A DNA stretch of 60,076 nt, the filler included, from Chloroflexota bacterium (lineage in GTDB: Bacteria; Chloroflexota; Chloroflexia; QHBQ01): the NCBI GenBank assembly GCA_043754535.1. It is 2 parts of 2 records of this genome, joined end to end, with 100 filler letters (N's around TTAATTAATTAA, not from the genome) between each part and the next. Parts side by side here need not be neighbours in the genome. Positions count along the whole stretch, not along the records: positions 30,281 to 60,076 come from JAYUUN010000099.1; 1 more part is not named here. One strand, given 5' to 3'. The notes beneath the pieces were generated by a model that was not told the DNA's origin, did not search any database, and saw only the letters and a list, made by a program, of their open reading frames with translations. Below are positions 57,894-60,076 of the stretch, in pieces. Positions within the stretch are counted from its first letter, which is position 1. Every line of letters begins with the position of its first letter. Both the position numbers and the translations under genes were made by a program.

Positions 57894-58079
57894 CTACCTT
57901 GCCCTGGTGTCGGATGCCTTGTAGGCGGTCATTGCGTCGGTTAGCGGCTGATCCTCTGTGATCGCTTCGGCGGAGTTGAAGCCGCCAGTGCGTACCAGTC
58001 CAACCAGCTGAAGTAGGTAGTGGTGGTGGTTGTAGTTGCCCATTCGCACTGTAGTATTCTTGTTCATGGCGAGGCCGAG
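57894..58079 (-). pseudogene. C-terminal remnant of a zinc-dependent alcohol/formaldehyde dehydrogenase
   Basis: Manual translation LGLAMNKNTTVRMGNYNHHHYLLQLVGLVRTGGFNSAEAITEDQPLTDAMTAYKASDTRAR* resembles the C-terminus of MDR-family dehydrogenases. The N-terminal part is absent. Confidence 0.7.
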
Positions 58080-58109
58080 TGTACTGGTTGGCCTGCGCCC
58101 ACCGCTACC

Positions 58110-58138
58110 TTGCCGCTGCTGTTACGATCTGCTATAAT
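58110..58138 (+). promoter_or_regulatory. Sigma70-type promoter TTGCCG-N17-TATAAT (with TG extension)
   Basis: Directly upstream of the restriction-modification gene. Confidence 0.6.
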
Positions 58139-58175
58139 AGCCGCAGCATCATTGTGGTAGAGAGGTGGGGCAACG

Positions 58176-60076
58176 ATGGCAACGATGGCAGCGATCAACC
58201 CGGCGCAATTTGCCGCCAAATGGGAGGCTTCGAGCCTCAATGAGAAGCAGGGTTCGCATCCCCACTTCTTCGACCTCTGCGCTATGCTCGGTGTTGAGCC
58301 ACCTGGTAGTAGCAACGACTTCATCTTCGAGCCTTACGTCCAGCGGGCCAGCGGCAAGGGCGGCTTCGCTGATGTTTGGAAGAAGGGCTTCTTTGGCTGG
58401 GAGTACAAGGCGAAGGGCGAAGACCTGACTAAAGCCTATAGCCAGTTGTTGGATTACGCCGACAACCTGCTGAACCCGCCTGTGCTAGTCGTCTGCGACA
58501 TGAACCGCTTCGTGGTGCGTACCCACTACACCGGCCACCCGGTTCAGCTATACGATTTCGACCTCAATGATCTTCGCAACGACAAGATTACCCTACGCTG
58601 CCCCCGCCTCACCCCCCTCGCGGTCTTGCAGGCTGTCTTTATTGCGCCCCAACTCTTGCAGCCCGAACTGGTCGCCCCAGAGGTGACGAAGGAGGCCGCA
58701 CGCCGTTTCGCCGAGCTTGCCGATAGCCTCAACAAGCCATTCAGCCCCGGCGGCCTGCCCCGCAATTATGATCGCGCTGTCGTCGCTCGCTACTTGATGC
58801 GCGTGCTATTCTGCCTCTTTGCCGAGGACACGGCATTGCTGCCTGACCAACTATTTACCCGCATCCTGCGCGGTTCGACCGCCAGCATCGACCTTTACAA
58901 CAGGAAGGTGGCGAACCTCTTTCACTTCATGGCCCAGCCGGGCGAGTCCGTCTCTGGCACCGACATGATCGCCTACTTTAACGGCGGCCTCTTTACCAGC
59001 GAGGTGCTGCCGATTGAGCTTGAGCAGCCAGAGATCGCTATCCTGACGGTGGCGGCCCGCCTGGATTGGGCCAATATTGACCCTACCATCTTTGGTACCC
59101 TGTTCGAGGGCAGCCTTGACCCGCGCAAGCGCAAGCAACTGGGGGCGCACTATACTAGCCGCGAGGACATTATGCTGATCGTCGAGCCGGTCGTCCTCCG
59201 CCCCCTGCACCGCGAGTGGCACCAGACCCGCCGCGAAGCTGCCGCCTTCCTTGACCAGCGCGACGCGGCCAGCAGTACTCCCCTGCGCAATGCCAGCCAG
59301 AACAAGGCCGACGAACTGATCGTCCGCTTCCTGCGCCGCCTGGCCGAGGTGACGGTGCTAGACCCTGCTTGTGGCAGTGGCAACTTCCTCTACGTCGCCC
59401 TGCGCGCCCTGCTTGACCTGGAGCGTGAGGTTCGCCTCTTTGCCGAGGAGCGCAGGGTGGTGTTGATGCTGCGGCAGGTCAGCCCCCACCAACTGCGCGG
59501 CATCGAGAAGGATAGCTTCGCCCACGAACTGGCCTCCCTCGTCGTCTGGATCGGTTTCATCCAGTGGCTGCGCGATAATGGCTACCAGCCCAACGACAAC
59601 CCCGTGTTGGAGAACCTGGGCGACAACATCCGCCATGCCGACGCGATCCTGGCCTACGCCGCCGACGGCCAGCCCTACGAACCCACCTGGCCCGCCGCCG
59701 ACTTCATCATCGGCAACCCGCCGTTCTTGGGTAACAAGATGCTACGAACCGACCTGGGCAACAAATATGTGGGGGATTTGTACGAACTCTACCGCAACCG
59801 CGTGCCGAATGGCGTTGATCTGGTCTGCTACTGGTTTGAGAGGGCGCGAGTGCAAATCCTGGCGAAGGCTACGAACCGTGCTGGCCTGCTGGCAACGCAG
59901 GGGATCAGGGGCGGGGCTAACCGCAAGGTGTTGGAGAACATCAAGCAGACCGGTGACATCTTCATGGCCTGGGCTGATCGGGCCTGGACACTAGATGGGG
60001 CTAACGTTCACGTCTCAATGGTTGGCTTCGACAATGGCAGCGAGCAAGATCGCACCCTTGACGCACTGCCAGTAGC
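58176..60076 (+). CDS. MmeI-like (Type IIL/IIG) fused restriction endonuclease / N6-adenine methyltransferase; 3' end outside the window
   Basis: Not in the ORF track (no stop). Manual translation gives MATMAAINPAQFAAKW...FADVWKKGFFGWEYK (PD-(D/E)xK-type), FNGGLF, IFGTLFE, GAHYTSREDI, VLDPACGSGNFL and IIGNPPFLG. Confidence 0.92.
   Translation, partial: MATMAAINPAQFAAKWEASSLNEKQGSHPHFFDLCAMLGVEPPGSSNDFIFEPYVQRASGKGGFADVWKKGFFGWEYKAKGEDLTKAYSQLLDYADNLLNPPVLVVCDMNRFVVRTHYTGHPVQLYDFDLNDLRNDKITLRCPRLTPLAVLQAVFIAPQLLQPELVAPEVTKEAARRFAELADSLNKPFSPGGLPRNYDRAVVARYLMRVLFCLFAEDTALLPDQLFTRILRGSTASIDLYNRKVANLFHFMAQPGESVSGTDMIAYFNGGLFTSEVLPIELEQPEIAILTVAARLDWANIDPTIFGTLFEGSLDPRKRKQLGAHYTSREDIMLIVEPVVLRPLHREWHQTRREAAAFLDQRDAASSTPLRNASQNKADELIVRFLRRLAEVTVLDPACGSGNFLYVALRALLDLEREVRLFAEERRVVLMLRQVSPHQLRGIEKDSFAHELASLVVWIGFIQWLRDNGYQPNDNPVLENLGDNIRHADAILAYAADGQPYEPTWPAADFIIGNPPFLGNKMLRTDLGNKYVGDLYELYRNRVPNGVDLVCYWFERARVQILAKATNRAGLLATQGIRGGANRKVLENIKQTGDIFMAWADRAWTLDGANVHVSMVGFDNGSEQDRTLDALPV

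Noticed and set aside
58064..59994. Short ORF-track ORFs over the last 2 kb
   Set aside because: Alternative-frame or antisense shadows of the MmeI-like gene starting at 58176.
1..60076. Stop-codon recoding (Sec/Pyl) or an alternative genetic code
   Set aside because: Recognisable genes end at expected positions with TAA, TAG or TGA. The only in-frame stop in a recognisable domain is in the decayed dehydrogenase remnant.

Overview
A GC-rich (roughly 60%, judged by eye) bacterial chromosomal segment, most likely Chloroflexota. That assignment is inferred from the protein families, the FemX/sortase-type envelope genes and a GAAC-N4-GTAC LexA-type box. Two assembly pieces are joined by an artificial 100-nt spacer at 30181-30280. 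The left piece carries two class III cyclase-STAND ATPase genes, an Oah/BadI-like crotonase with EthD, a probable sortase-anchored thioester-domain protein, Mrp, a SigK/RskA-like pair and YraN. It also has a liv-type ABC operon with two tandem binding lipoproteins (one with a 93-aa linker that is 44% Met), an uncharacterised small-ORF / multi-wHTH / HEAT-repeat cluster, and aminotransferase, NYN and FemX genes. The right piece carries a 3011-aa hybrid kinase with about 13 GAF domains and its operon, clpB, a LexA-boxed SWIM mini-protein, an M48 peptidase, an orphan GltD/DsrL-like oxidoreductase and DUF885. It ends with a GT-glf-Csp3-DUF2231-SDR cluster, an alcohol dehydrogenase remnant and the 5' part of an MmeI-like restriction-modification gene. 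I saw no rRNA, tRNA, CRISPR array, transposase or integrase. All family calls come from reading motifs by eye, not from database searches.
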